Below are positions 1 to 9,170 of a DNA stretch of 64,000 nucleotides, piece by piece. Under the pieces are notes generated by a model, which saw only the letters and a list, made by a program, of their open reading frames with translations, was not told the DNA's origin and searched no databases. Every line of letters starts with the position of its first letter. Position 1 is the stretch's first letter. The stretch is from Candidatus Altiarchaeota archaeon (lineage in GTDB: Archaea; Altiarchaeota; Altiarchaeia; IMC4; SCGC-AAA252-I15): positions 96,001-160,000 of the forward strand of contig JBDRLL010000003.1 of the NCBI GenBank assembly GCA_043813075.1, given 5' to 3'. Made by a program: the position numbers and the translations under genes.

Positions 1-1204
1 CCTTACAGACGTATGACATGTGATCCCAGTAATCCAGGTCTGTTATGCCGACTTTCCCTTCCTCAAGGAATTCGTCCATAAGCCTGCCGTGGGGGGTGAA
101 CTTCTGGTAGACCACCATGCTGGGATTCACTTCGTCCATGAAGTCTGTCTTCTCGACTATCGAATCCATTGATTCCAGGGGAGAGCCGACTATCATGGAG
201 GCTATGACAAACACCCCGTTTTCAATCAGTATTGAGAACACCTCCTTGACTCGCAAGGCATCGTATCTCTTGCCGTAGTATCCCATTATCTCCTCGTTAA
301 CGTCCTCAATGCCGAAGAGTATGGCCTTCACCCCAGCCTCGCGAGCTAGGGGTATCAGGTCAGGGTGGCTTATGAACGTGTCGACCCTCGCCTGGATGCT
401 CGCGTTGATATCCAGCTTCCGCTCTGAAATGAGTTGCAGCAGCCGCCTGGTCTTGGAGACGTCGCCGAAGAAGTTGTCGTCAGCGAACATCAGGTTTTTC
501 ACACCCATGCTCCGGGCATAGTATTCGATGTCTTCAGCCATGCGTTCGGGACTCCTTGTCCTGTATGGTGTGAAGAAGTCTTTTGAGGAGCAGAACAGGC
601 ATTTGTGGGGGCACCCCCGGGACCAGTCGACCAGTAGGAATGGTTTTTCACACCATACGAAGTCGTAGTCATTGACGTCTATCAGCCTGAAGTCCGGGCG
701 GGGCAGGTCATCCAAGTCAACCGTATCCTGTCTCCCAGAGTATCTGACCGCGCCGTCCTCCAGATAGTAGACCCCCTTAACCAGGGAGACTGGCTTGCCT
801 GAATCGATCGAGTCCACGAGGCTCTTGAAGACAAAGTCTCCCTCGCCGGAGACTATGTAGTCCATAACCCGGCCCTTGAGTAGTGATTCGAAGTCCCGGT
901 CCCTGAAGAAGATGTAGCTGCCTCCTGCGACAATAACCATGGTGTCGTCGAGCTCACGCAACTCCCTTAAGAGCTTTAGTGATTTAGTGTATGAAACGGT
1001 GTGAAGCAGGCTTATGCCCAGCACCTGAGGCTTGAACTCCCTCACCGCGTCGAACAGGATGCTGTCACCGCAAGCAGTCAAGTCTATAAGACGCACTTCA
1101 TGGTCAGGCTCAAGGATTGCGGCGATATACAGCAACCCTAGGGGCATCGCATTACCCAGAACTGATTCGACGTTAGAGTCGGGATTGACAAGTAAAACCC
1201 TCAT
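1..1204 (-). CDS. Cobalamin (B12)-binding domain radical SAM protein, 3' end outside the window
   Basis: Not in ORF track; read manually from ATG at 1204: MRVLLVNPDSNVESVLGNAMPLGLLYIAAIL (B12-binding N-terminus), then DWSRGCPHKCLFC (CxxxCxxC). Confidence 0.9.
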   Translation of the reverse strand, partial: MRVLLVNPDSNVESVLGNAMPLGLLYIAAILEPDHEVRLIDLTACGDSILFDAVREFKPQVLGISLLHTVSYTKSLKLLRELRELDDTMVIVAGGSYIFFRDRDFESLLKGRVMDYIVSGEGDFVFKSLVDSIDSGKPVSLVKGVYYLEDGAVRYSGRQDTVDLDDLPRPDFRLIDVNDYDFVWCEKPFLLVDWSRGCPHKCLFCSSKDFFTPYRTRSPERMAEDIEYYARSMGVKNLMFADDNFFGDVSKTRRLLQLISERKLDINASIQARVDTFISHPDLIPLAREAGVKAILFGIEDVNEEIMGYYGKRYDALRVKEVFSILIENGVFVIASMIVGSPLESMDSIVEKTDFMDEVNPSMVVYQKFTPHGRLMDEFLEEGKVGITDLDYWDHMSYVCK

Positions 1205-1216
1205 CCTGGATAACAA

Positions 1217-2692
1217 TTATACTTTATCAAGGTATAAGCGCCTGGCCGCCCCCCATAATCTCCATTCCACAGGATGGTTGAAGTACCTCCGCCGCCACCT
1301 GGCTTCAGCTGAAATATTGAAGAGGTAGTGGAATACATCGTATGCAGCCACCATAAGACTGCTTCCCCCAAGCCACGCCTTCTTCACCTCCGGACCCCTG
1401 GAGGCCAGCCGCTCATGGAAGTGGGTGAAGCGGACTATGTTTGATATCGTATCCAACTGGGACTGGGCTTCCATGCTCATCCAGGGGAGACGCACGGAGT
1501 CGAACCTCCATCCACCCCATTCTTCCAGGGAACCATGCACCATCATGCCCTGGGAGACCGCGGTTTCATGGATGGGCGTGCCAGGCTGGGGTATGAGCAT
1601 CCATAGGTTACATACCTCCGTCCTAGGGTTCAGCCTCCTGAGCTCGTCCACCAGGCTGAGGGTCTTGGACAGGTCTCCTGGAGTCTCATCAGGCCAGCCG
1701 ATGATGAAGCTCACCATTGGCGTTATCCCATAGTCCCCGCACTTTCGGACAGAATCAGTTATCTGGCTGACTGTGATACCCTTCCCAATCCCGTCAAGTA
1801 TCCTCTGGGAGCCTGACTCAGCGCCGAAAAACAGCGTCTCGCATCCGCTATCCCCCAGGAGTCTGGTGAACTCATCATCGTATCCGGAGAAATAGTCAGC
1901 CCTATTATAGGCCATCCACTTCACGTCCCACCCCTCCCGTATTATCGCCGAGCAGATGCTCCGCATCCTCTCCTTGTCGACAAAGGAGTTGTCCTCCTGG
2001 AAGGTTATGCTGTTTGCGCCGACTTCTTCTATTATGTTCCTTAGCTCCTCCACCACAACCTCGGGTTTCTTCGCCCTCCAGCCGCCCTTGCTGTAGCAGT
2101 GGTTAAAGCAGAACGTGCAGTTGTGGGGGCATCCCCTGCTGGACTGGTAGGAGAAGTATTCCCTGCAGTCGATGTATTTACGCAAGTCCACCAGATCGTA
2201 GTGGAGGCTGCCTATGGCGTTCATGTCCGTGAAACCCCTCGGTGGGGTTGAGACGACAACCCCGTCTTTCTTGAATGCGATTCCGTTGACATCCTTTAGC
2301 GGACCCTCATCCCTGACAGTGTTGGCAAGCTCTATGATGGTTTCCTCGCCGTCACCACTGACGGCGATGTCGACGAGACTGCTGGCCGCAGTCTGCTCCG
2401 GCAGCATCGTGGCGTGGGGCCCGCCCCATACTATCGGGATGTTTGGGTCTTCCTCGCGTATCATGCCTGCGACAGCGAGGCCGTGGCTTATCTGCGGCCC
2501 TGTCATGGATGTTATGCCTGCCAGAAGATACTCGCCGTCGAGATGCTTGAGGTCTTGAATCCGTGTGTCCACGATTTTCGGGTCGTAACCAGCATTCCGG
2601 AGGACTGTTCCAAGGTTTAGGAGCGGGAGCGGCATGTAGGGCGCCCTCTCTTTTTTTCCAGGGTATATCAGGAGTATTTTATCTGTCGCCAT
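1217..2692 (-). CDS. Cobalamin-binding domain radical SAM protein
   Basis: Likely start MATDKILLIYP at 2692; PLPLLNL, WGGPHAT, GDGEET, SSRGCPHNCTFC, FFGAESGS motifs. Confidence 0.92.
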   Translation of the reverse strand: MATDKILLIYPGKKERAPYMPLPLLNLGTVLRNAGYDPKIVDTRIQDLKHLDGEYLLAGITSMTGPQISHGLAVAGMIREEDPNIPIVWGGPHATMLPEQTAASSLVDIAVSGDGEETIIELANTVRDEGPLKDVNGIAFKKDGVVVSTPPRGFTDMNAIGSLHYDLVDLRKYIDCREYFSYQSSRGCPHNCTFCFNHCYSKGGWRAKKPEVVVEELRNIIEEVGANSITFQEDNSFVDKERMRSICSAIIREGWDVKWMAYNRADYFSGYDDEFTRLLGDSGCETLFFGAESGSQRILDGIGKGITVSQITDSVRKCGDYGITPMVSFIIGWPDETPGDLSKTLSLVDELRRLNPRTEVCNLWMLIPQPGTPIHETAVSQGMMVHGSLEEWGGWRFDSVRLPWMSMEAQSQLDTISNIVRFTHFHERLASRGPEVKKAWLGGSSLMVAAYDVFHYLFNISAEARWRRRYFNHPVEWRLWGAARRLYLDKV

Positions 2693-2732
2693 GCTTAATG
2701 TTTGATGATTATTACAAGAGTACCATATAAAG

Positions 2733-4073
2733 ATGGAGTTGGGGAAAAGCAGGAGCCTCTGTCCCATATGCCTGAAGGAGATTGACGCGAGCATAATCCA
2801 GGATGATGGGAGGGTGTTCATCTCTAGGGAGTGCGCTGCGCATGGATTGTTTGTTGACCCACACCTCTACGAGGATCCGGTCATATACAAGGCGCTCTCC
2901 AACATGGACTGCGGCGGGGATGACGTCCTACCGGACACTCTAGTGTTCCACACTACACCAGCATGCAACATGGACTGCCAGTTCTGCCCTATACCAGGCG
3001 AGATGAGGTCTGGTGAAGGCCCTGAGATAGGTGAGATTATGGATGAGGTCTCCAGATTCCATGGGTCTACCATATTCCTGTGCGGGGGAGAGCCGACCAT
3101 AAGGGGGGATTTGCCGGAGATAGTCGGGAAAATCTCAGGTGCAGGGAAGAATGTGCTGGTCTTCACCAACGGACTGAGACTAGCGGACAGGAAAAACGTG
3201 GATTCCCTCAAGGCCACAGGCCTGACCCAGGTCATACTCTCGTTCAGCACGTTTCAAGAGGAGAAGGACATTAAAGTCTACGGCTCCCGCGTCACTTCAT
3301 TGAAGCTGAAGGCCTTGGAGAACCTGAAGGCCACGCTGACCCCGACCGGCTTCTCATTCCTAGTATTCAAGGACATTAACGAAGACGAGGTGGATAAGGT
3401 GATCGGATACGCGGTAGACAACCGGGAGTGGGTCAAGAGCATATGCTTTCAGGTGGTCTGGAGGCCTTCCGAAAGGGACTCCAGCATGGTGAAGCAGAAG
3501 GGGATAATAGACCTTGTGCGAAAATCCGCTGGAATTGATGTTGAAGACTTCATAGAATGCACTGTCTTCGGCAGCACTGTGTCTGAGATTTTCAGGAGGA
3601 TTACGGGCAGGGGTGGGCGCGTGTATTCCAGGTGCGAGCTAAGATGCCAGTCATGGGTGTCAGATGGACGACTTGTGCCATTATCCGGGATGATTGATTT
3701 GAAGACTGTGAACGAATCGCTACGGAGAATTAACAGCCGCCTCAAGGGGTCAGCAGCCCGGAAGATTGGTGTGATGATCTTGTTTTTCCCTTACACAGAA
3801 TTATTGAAGTCGTTCATATTCAACAGGGACTTCAGAAACTTCTGCCTTAGCAGGTTTTCAGGCATGCTCTCAGGTATAGTGCACGGCAGGATGTTCCGCG
3901 AGTCGTTGGGGAAGGACATGCTCGGATTCATGGTGGGGAGATATTATACCAGGTACAACATCGACTTGGGGTTGGCGGATACTTGCAGGTACTGCAGGTC
4001 TCCTGAGGGAAACGACATCTCATACTGCATATGCGATATGATAGGGTGGACTGAGAACAAGCAGACTGCTTGA
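2733..4073 (+). CDS. Radical SAM protein, divergent tetraether lipid synthase (Tes/MJ0619)-like paralog 1
   Basis: N-terminal SLCPIC...ECAAHG metal site, CNMDCQFC, GGEPTIRGDLP, C-terminal YNID...C...SYC region. Confidence 0.8.
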   Translation: MELGKSRSLCPICLKEIDASIIQDDGRVFISRECAAHGLFVDPHLYEDPVIYKALSNMDCGGDDVLPDTLVFHTTPACNMDCQFCPIPGEMRSGEGPEIGEIMDEVSRFHGSTIFLCGGEPTIRGDLPEIVGKISGAGKNVLVFTNGLRLADRKNVDSLKATGLTQVILSFSTFQEEKDIKVYGSRVTSLKLKALENLKATLTPTGFSFLVFKDINEDEVDKVIGYAVDNREWVKSICFQVVWRPSERDSSMVKQKGIIDLVRKSAGIDVEDFIECTVFGSTVSEIFRRITGRGGRVYSRCELRCQSWVSDGRLVPLSGMIDLKTVNESLRRINSRLKGSAARKIGVMILFFPYTELLKSFIFNRDFRNFCLSRFSGMLSGIVHGRMFRESLGKDMLGFMVGRYYTRYNIDLGLADTCRYCRSPEGNDISYCICDMIGWTENKQTA

Positions 4074-4095
4074 TGAGCCGCTTGGTCCTGGTGAG

Positions 4096-5433
4096 TCATG
4101 GATTATCTGATTCCCGCGACCGGAACACTTCCCTAAGGCAGAACGGAACGACTCTATCTCCCTCAAAGCCTCCGAGACTGCAGCAGGACATGAATTCATA
4201 ATCCACGTTTGACGCGTCAAAATACCTGTTAGCTATTATACTGCACACCTGAGGCAGCATCATTGTTATCGGATGGTCATTTTCCGCAATGATCTTCCAT
4301 AATCCGGATGCGCTCGGCAGCATGAACAATATTGCGCGCGCGTCTCTGACGCTAGAGAGGAATGCGAGGATAGTCTTCACTAGGGCGCCTGCTTTCCCTG
4401 CTTTTCCATTGAAGTCTGTGCTAACGCTTATCTTGGATAGCCTTTCTGAGAGTGCCTGCATGTCCAGCAGATGGTTTAAAGGCGTTAGAGAATCCCCCAT
4501 ACGGACTAGGTATAGCCGTAGGTAGCATGCTGAAACCCGCCTACCACCCCTCCCAGACATCTTTCGCATAAGCTGGCTGAAGCAGAAGCCGAACCTGGTG
4601 CACTCGAGGAAGTCTTCCAAGCAGGTTCCCAGATGCATGCATACCAGATCAGCGGACTTGCTTGCAGGCACTGAACGCCCCGCGTCATTCCCATTTGGAT
4701 TCCAGTAGGATGAGAAAGCTAAACCCCTTATCCTACCCCTATGACGCCTCAAAAGTTCTATGAAGCCTGGAACCTGGTCCTCGTTTACGCCGTCCCGTAG
4801 GACAACATTCAGGAAGACTGGTATGTCTAGTTGAAGTAGGTTTTTTAACGCCCCCATCTTCTTCCCGACCACTTCCTCGCCGTATAGCCGGATGCCCTGA
4901 CCAGCATCCAGTGTGTCCAATGAGAGCACTATCAGTGGCTTGTTTCTTGAGAATGAACTGGCATAATCCATGCTGCCCAGCCTAATCCCGTTGGTGAAGA
5001 ATGAGGGATGATATCCCATAGACCTTAATTCACCTATTATCCCCGGCAGGTCGTCGCGCATGGTAGGCTCCCCGCCGAACAAGTATATTATGGAGCCGCC
5101 GAACCCAGCGGCAGTGGAGACTAATTCTTCCAGAGATATCGGATGTTCTTCCACCATGCCTTGAGGCTTAAAGCAGTCTGGGCAGTTCATGTTGCATAAT
5201 CCGGTGACATCCAGAAAAGCAGTGTCCGGAGACCATTCACCGTCTTCAGGGTCGATGGCCAGGAGTGACTTCATTGACGCGTAGACTTGCTTGTCTTGGA
5301 AAACGTGCGGGCTCACTGAAGTGCCATGCTCCGGGCATTCCTGCCTTATGAACATTCTCCCGCCATCCTCGAAGACCGTTGCATCAACATCCCTCAAGCA
5401 CTTCGGACAGATGCTCCGTGAATTTGATTCCAA
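4096..5433 (-). CDS. Radical SAM protein, divergent Tes-like paralog 2 (TTG start)
   Basis: SICPKC...ECPEHG, CNMNCPDC, GGEPTMRDDLP, RYFDASNVD...CC...VVPFC. Confidence 0.8.
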   Translation of the reverse strand: MESNSRSICPKCLRDVDATVFEDGGRMFIRQECPEHGTSVSPHVFQDKQVYASMKSLLAIDPEDGEWSPDTAFLDVTGLCNMNCPDCFKPQGMVEEHPISLEELVSTAAGFGGSIIYLFGGEPTMRDDLPGIIGELRSMGYHPSFFTNGIRLGSMDYASSFSRNKPLIVLSLDTLDAGQGIRLYGEEVVGKKMGALKNLLQLDIPVFLNVVLRDGVNEDQVPGFIELLRRHRGRIRGLAFSSYWNPNGNDAGRSVPASKSADLVCMHLGTCLEDFLECTRFGFCFSQLMRKMSGRGGRRVSACYLRLYLVRMGDSLTPLNHLLDMQALSERLSKISVSTDFNGKAGKAGALVKTILAFLSSVRDARAILFMLPSASGLWKIIAENDHPITMMLPQVCSIIANRYFDASNVDYEFMSCCSLGGFEGDRVVPFCLREVFRSRESDNP

Positions 5434-5545
5434 AAAAACCCCTCAAACACAGATTATGAGACAGGCAAGATATATTATTGTTAAGTTCTGATATTCAATA
5501 ATATCAAGGGTGTACGCTAGTGCAAAGAATTTCCGAATGGTTTGA

Positions 5546-7210
5546 ATGAAAATCAGGTTGAGCTGCTTTAATCCGTTCTCATATAGCATAACCCCCCTCG
5601 GACTGGGATACAAAAACGCTTCCCACAACAACGCTGGACACGACTCTATGATACGCCTTTTTGAACGGGAGGAGTCAGCGTTCTACGACACACTGCTGTC
5701 GATGGACTTTCTTGGGAAGAGATTCCCGCTAATATCGATACCAGAATACATACAACAGATCGAACTGGTGGAGAATGAAGTTTTCGCAGAGGAGCTCGGC
5801 TTCATAGACAGGGGGGAGATGAACTACAGGTCCAGATTCCCCTCTGAAACAGAGAGGCTGGTTGGGATATGCGACTCCATAGCGGACAGCCTGTCAGGCA
5901 ACAGTATGGTGGGATTCAACATAACGTCAATAGCCATGGGACCGACACTATACATCTCGAAGGCAATTAGGGAGAGGGATGATGGCGTGAAGATAGTGTA
6001 TGGGGGGCCGATAACAGACATGATGGCTGGAGTTTTAGACCCCATAAACGCCATGCACAAGTCCATCAACGAGTCAATGAGGAGTAGCGGCATATACGGG
6101 AGGTACGCTGATTTTCTGGCTGGGAACGTCGACTTCCTGGTTCACGGTGAGGGTGAGGAGACTATTGTGGAAATTGCTAATGCGATTGATGATGGAGGTG
6201 ACGCGGAGATACCGGGGACTACCGCCATCAGGGAGGGGTCTTTCAAGAGGAGTCGCCCTAGGAGGCCTGTTGACTTGGATGGGATATGCCGTCCAGACTT
6301 TGATGGCATAGACATGAGGACGTACGGGTATGTCACGTTCAACTTCTCCAGGGGTTGTATTAACGCGTGCACGTTCTGTGACGAGTGCCTGTTCTTCAAG
6401 GGCTACAGAGTCAGGGATCCGGCAAAGGTTTTGGAGGAGTTGAGCGCCGGCTCAGAGAGATATCCTGGTAAAAGGTTTCTCGCGTGCGACAGCCTGCTGA
6501 ACGGAGACCCTGCGAGGCTGAAGGAGCTCTGCAGGCTGATTACTGAGTCAGGGCTGCGTATAGACTGGAGCGGATACCTGCGGCTGCCTGAGACGGACGA
6601 GGAACTAGTAGACCTGCTCTATGAGTCCGGTTTCAGGAGGCCGAAATTCGGTTTAGAGACCATCGACGATGGGGTCTATGAGGAGGTTGGCAAGCGGCAG
6701 GAGACCGGTCACGCGCTTAGGATCATGGACTACTGCAGGAGGAAGGGCATGAAGGTGACCGCGAACTTCATGATCGGGTATCCGGGGAGGGGAATGGACT
6801 TCGAGCTGGAGGTGATGGATAGGGTTAAGGGCATACGAGGGCACTATGATTACATGCCGCTTGAATCGATAAACGTGGGTATAAGGTCGAGTGTCGCGAG
6901 CGACCCTGAGAGGTGGGGTTTCGAGATAAAAAGCACCCATGAATTCAGTGAGAGTGACTGGGAGTATTATACACTGGCAAGGTCGTATATCCCGGGAATC
7001 ATAACGTACACGAGGAATTCGCTGTCACGAAGCGAGGCTGAGAGGATATTCGAGGAATACAACAGGCACGGTCTTCTCAACAAGAGGGGGTTGGAGTATG
7101 GACTCCACAAGTATGGATTAGGATGGCTGAAAAAGTATAGGCGGTATATTCCGTTCAGCATATCCAACTGGCTTAAGCTCCAGTATCTTAAGGAGGAGAT
7201 AATCATTTGA
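5546..7210 (+). CDS. Cobalamin-binding domain radical SAM protein
   Basis: TPLGLGY, VYGGP, HGEGEET, FSRGCINACTFC, FGLET, NFMIGYP. Confidence 0.9.
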   Translation: MKIRLSCFNPFSYSITPLGLGYKNASHNNAGHDSMIRLFEREESAFYDTLLSMDFLGKRFPLISIPEYIQQIELVENEVFAEELGFIDRGEMNYRSRFPSETERLVGICDSIADSLSGNSMVGFNITSIAMGPTLYISKAIRERDDGVKIVYGGPITDMMAGVLDPINAMHKSINESMRSSGIYGRYADFLAGNVDFLVHGEGEETIVEIANAIDDGGDAEIPGTTAIREGSFKRSRPRRPVDLDGICRPDFDGIDMRTYGYVTFNFSRGCINACTFCDECLFFKGYRVRDPAKVLEELSAGSERYPGKRFLACDSLLNGDPARLKELCRLITESGLRIDWSGYLRLPETDEELVDLLYESGFRRPKFGLETIDDGVYEEVGKRQETGHALRIMDYCRRKGMKVTANFMIGYPGRGMDFELEVMDRVKGIRGHYDYMPLESINVGIRSSVASDPERWGFEIKSTHEFSESDWEYYTLARSYIPGIITYTRNSLSRSEAERIFEEYNRHGLLNKRGLEYGLHKYGLGWLKKYRRYIPFSISNWLKLQYLKEEIII

Positions 7211-7827
7211 CACATAGGGGAGAGCTTACCGGAGAATTGCCTGAACCCGACTGGGATGCGGTCTGGGGCAGGAATTTAGGCAAGAATCTGACGGTATTTA
7301 GGGTATACTCTGGGCTCAGGTTCAGAAGCTATAGAAGACTGTTCAGTGGACTGGACCTGGAGGGTAGGGGGGTGCTGGAGATAGGGGGTGGGACAGGACA
7401 GTTAGGCAGCATGCTTGGGAGGGAATTCAAGTGCAATGTAACACTGATAGACGATAGTGAAGAGGCTTTCAGATTCCACTCCAGATTCGGCATAAAAGGG
7501 GTGGATTATGTGAGGGGGGATGTCTTCAGGCATGAGGGAGTCTACCATCTAGTCTACAGTGACGGGCTTATAGAACACTACAGGGGCGCTAAGAGGGAGG
7601 ATCTGATACGGCGTCATTCCCTGTTATGCGGTGAGGGGGGTTACACCGCCTTTTTTGTGCCAAAAAAATCGTTTTTCGTTGACATGTTCCTCACACTCAG
7701 GGGCTATTACGAGGAGAAGTACGACGTGGATGGCATCACTTCAGAGCTGGAGGAGAATGGCCTTGAGGTCCTCAAGACTGTGGAGGATTTCCATATGATA
7801 GGTGTGTTATGCGAGCAGAGGGGATAG
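7207..7827 (+). CDS. Class I SAM-dependent methyltransferase
   Basis: VLEIGGGTG motif I; SDGLIEHY; overlaps the genes on both sides. Confidence 0.85.
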   Translation: MTHRGELTGELPEPDWDAVWGRNLGKNLTVFRVYSGLRFRSYRRLFSGLDLEGRGVLEIGGGTGQLGSMLGREFKCNVTLIDDSEEAFRFHSRFGIKGVDYVRGDVFRHEGVYHLVYSDGLIEHYRGAKREDLIRRHSLLCGEGGYTAFFVPKKSFFVDMFLTLRGYYEEKYDVDGITSELEENGLEVLKTVEDFHMIGVLCEQRG

Positions 7828-9164
7828 CCTTTGAGGCAAGGACTAGGAGCCTCTGCCCAGTTTGCCTCAAGCAGGTGGACGCGAGCGTAAGGATTATTGA
7901 GGGTAAGGTCAGCATCAGCAAGGAATGCGACAAGCATGGCTCCTTCGAGTCGCCGCATTTTTGGGGTGATGAAGTGCTTTATCACGCGATGAAGAGGATA
8001 GCGGACATGTGTGATGACGGGGTACCCCCGGACAACCTCGGGTTGTATCTCACACAGAAGTGCGATTTGAGTTGCAGCTACTGTTATCTGAAGGATAATG
8101 AGGAGGGGATGGAAGAGCCGAGCATAAGCGATGTCTTAGATTATGTGTCCGGATTTAAGGGGTCGACTGTCATACTAAGCGGGGGGGAGCCGACACTCAG
8201 GGACGACCTGCCTGAGATAATCAAGGTGGTGCGGGAGAGAGGATACATGATTGTGCTCGCGACAAATGGCATGAGGCTTTCGAGAGAATACGTGGAAGAC
8301 CTGAAGTCATGCGGTTTGGGCATGGTGATGCTGTCTTTCACGACCTTTAAGGAGGAATACTCAGAGAGACTGCAGGGCATCAACACTGTCGAGGCTAAGA
8401 GAAGCGCTGTAAGAAACCTTAATGACGCATGCATCCCATTGTTCCTCTACATTCCTGTTTTGAGGGGGGTGAACGACAGTGAGATAGGCGCATTCATAGA
8501 TTACGCCAAATCCGTGAATGCGGTGAGGGCGGTTGACTTCAATGTGACAACACACCCAGGAGGATTCTCAGACAAGCTGACGCTCACACAGAAGGAGATT
8601 ATCGACGTGATAGGAGAGCATACTGGCGTTGGCGTTGAGGACTTTACGGACTGCACGTTATCCGTGCACCTTGCATCAGAGGCATTAAGGAAGGTATTAG
8701 GTGGTGGGAGGAGGAGTTCAGGATGTTATCTGAGACTATACTTCCTCAGGTCAGGGGAGGTCTTAAGTCCAGTGAGCGGGATTCTGGACTTGAAGTATGT
8801 TAACATGAGGCTTCTATCAGCCAACGCTATCCTTGACTCGAAATCACCGCTCAGGAGAATCAAGGCGTTGAGCATCATCGCGGGATTGTTCCTATCAACC
8901 GCTTGGCGGAATCAGGAGGGGATGATGCTTTGTTCAAGTGTTGTCAGAAGCATTGCCTCCAGGAGAGGTGGCTCGTCTGCTGGCGGCGGATTACTATGCA
9001 TTAATGTTATGCGATTCAACGACCGCTTCAACGCTGACCTTGGTTTCACTCGGGCATGCTGCTCGCACAGCATCAGGAATGCTTCAGAGAAGCCAATGTG
9101 CGCGTGCATTAGGGAAATGTATTTCTGCAGGCCGCCTGTCTTTAAGAAAAGGAATCTAAAGTAG
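7809..9164 (+). CDS. Radical SAM protein, divergent Tes-like paralog 3
   Basis: RSLCPVC...ECDKHG, CDLSCSYC, GGEPTLRDDLP, MRFNDRFNAD...CC.H. Confidence 0.8.
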   Translation: MRAEGIAFEARTRSLCPVCLKQVDASVRIIEGKVSISKECDKHGSFESPHFWGDEVLYHAMKRIADMCDDGVPPDNLGLYLTQKCDLSCSYCYLKDNEEGMEEPSISDVLDYVSGFKGSTVILSGGEPTLRDDLPEIIKVVRERGYMIVLATNGMRLSREYVEDLKSCGLGMVMLSFTTFKEEYSERLQGINTVEAKRSAVRNLNDACIPLFLYIPVLRGVNDSEIGAFIDYAKSVNAVRAVDFNVTTHPGGFSDKLTLTQKEIIDVIGEHTGVGVEDFTDCTLSVHLASEALRKVLGGGRRSSGCYLRLYFLRSGEVLSPVSGILDLKYVNMRLLSANAILDSKSPLRRIKALSIIAGLFLSTAWRNQEGMMLCSSVVRSIASRRGGSSAGGGLLCINVMRFNDRFNADLGFTRACCSHSIRNASEKPMCACIREMYFCRPPVFKKRNLK

Positions 9165-9170
9165 TGTATA

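Noticed and set aside
2693-2821. N-terminal extension of the 1217..2821 ORF
   Set aside because: Overlaps the divergent radical SAM gene; the family-like sequence starts at Met 2692.
2733-9164. Assigning the symbol tes to the three paralogs
   Set aside because: The auxiliary-cluster motif is missing and catalytic positions appear changed, so orthology and function are unsupported.
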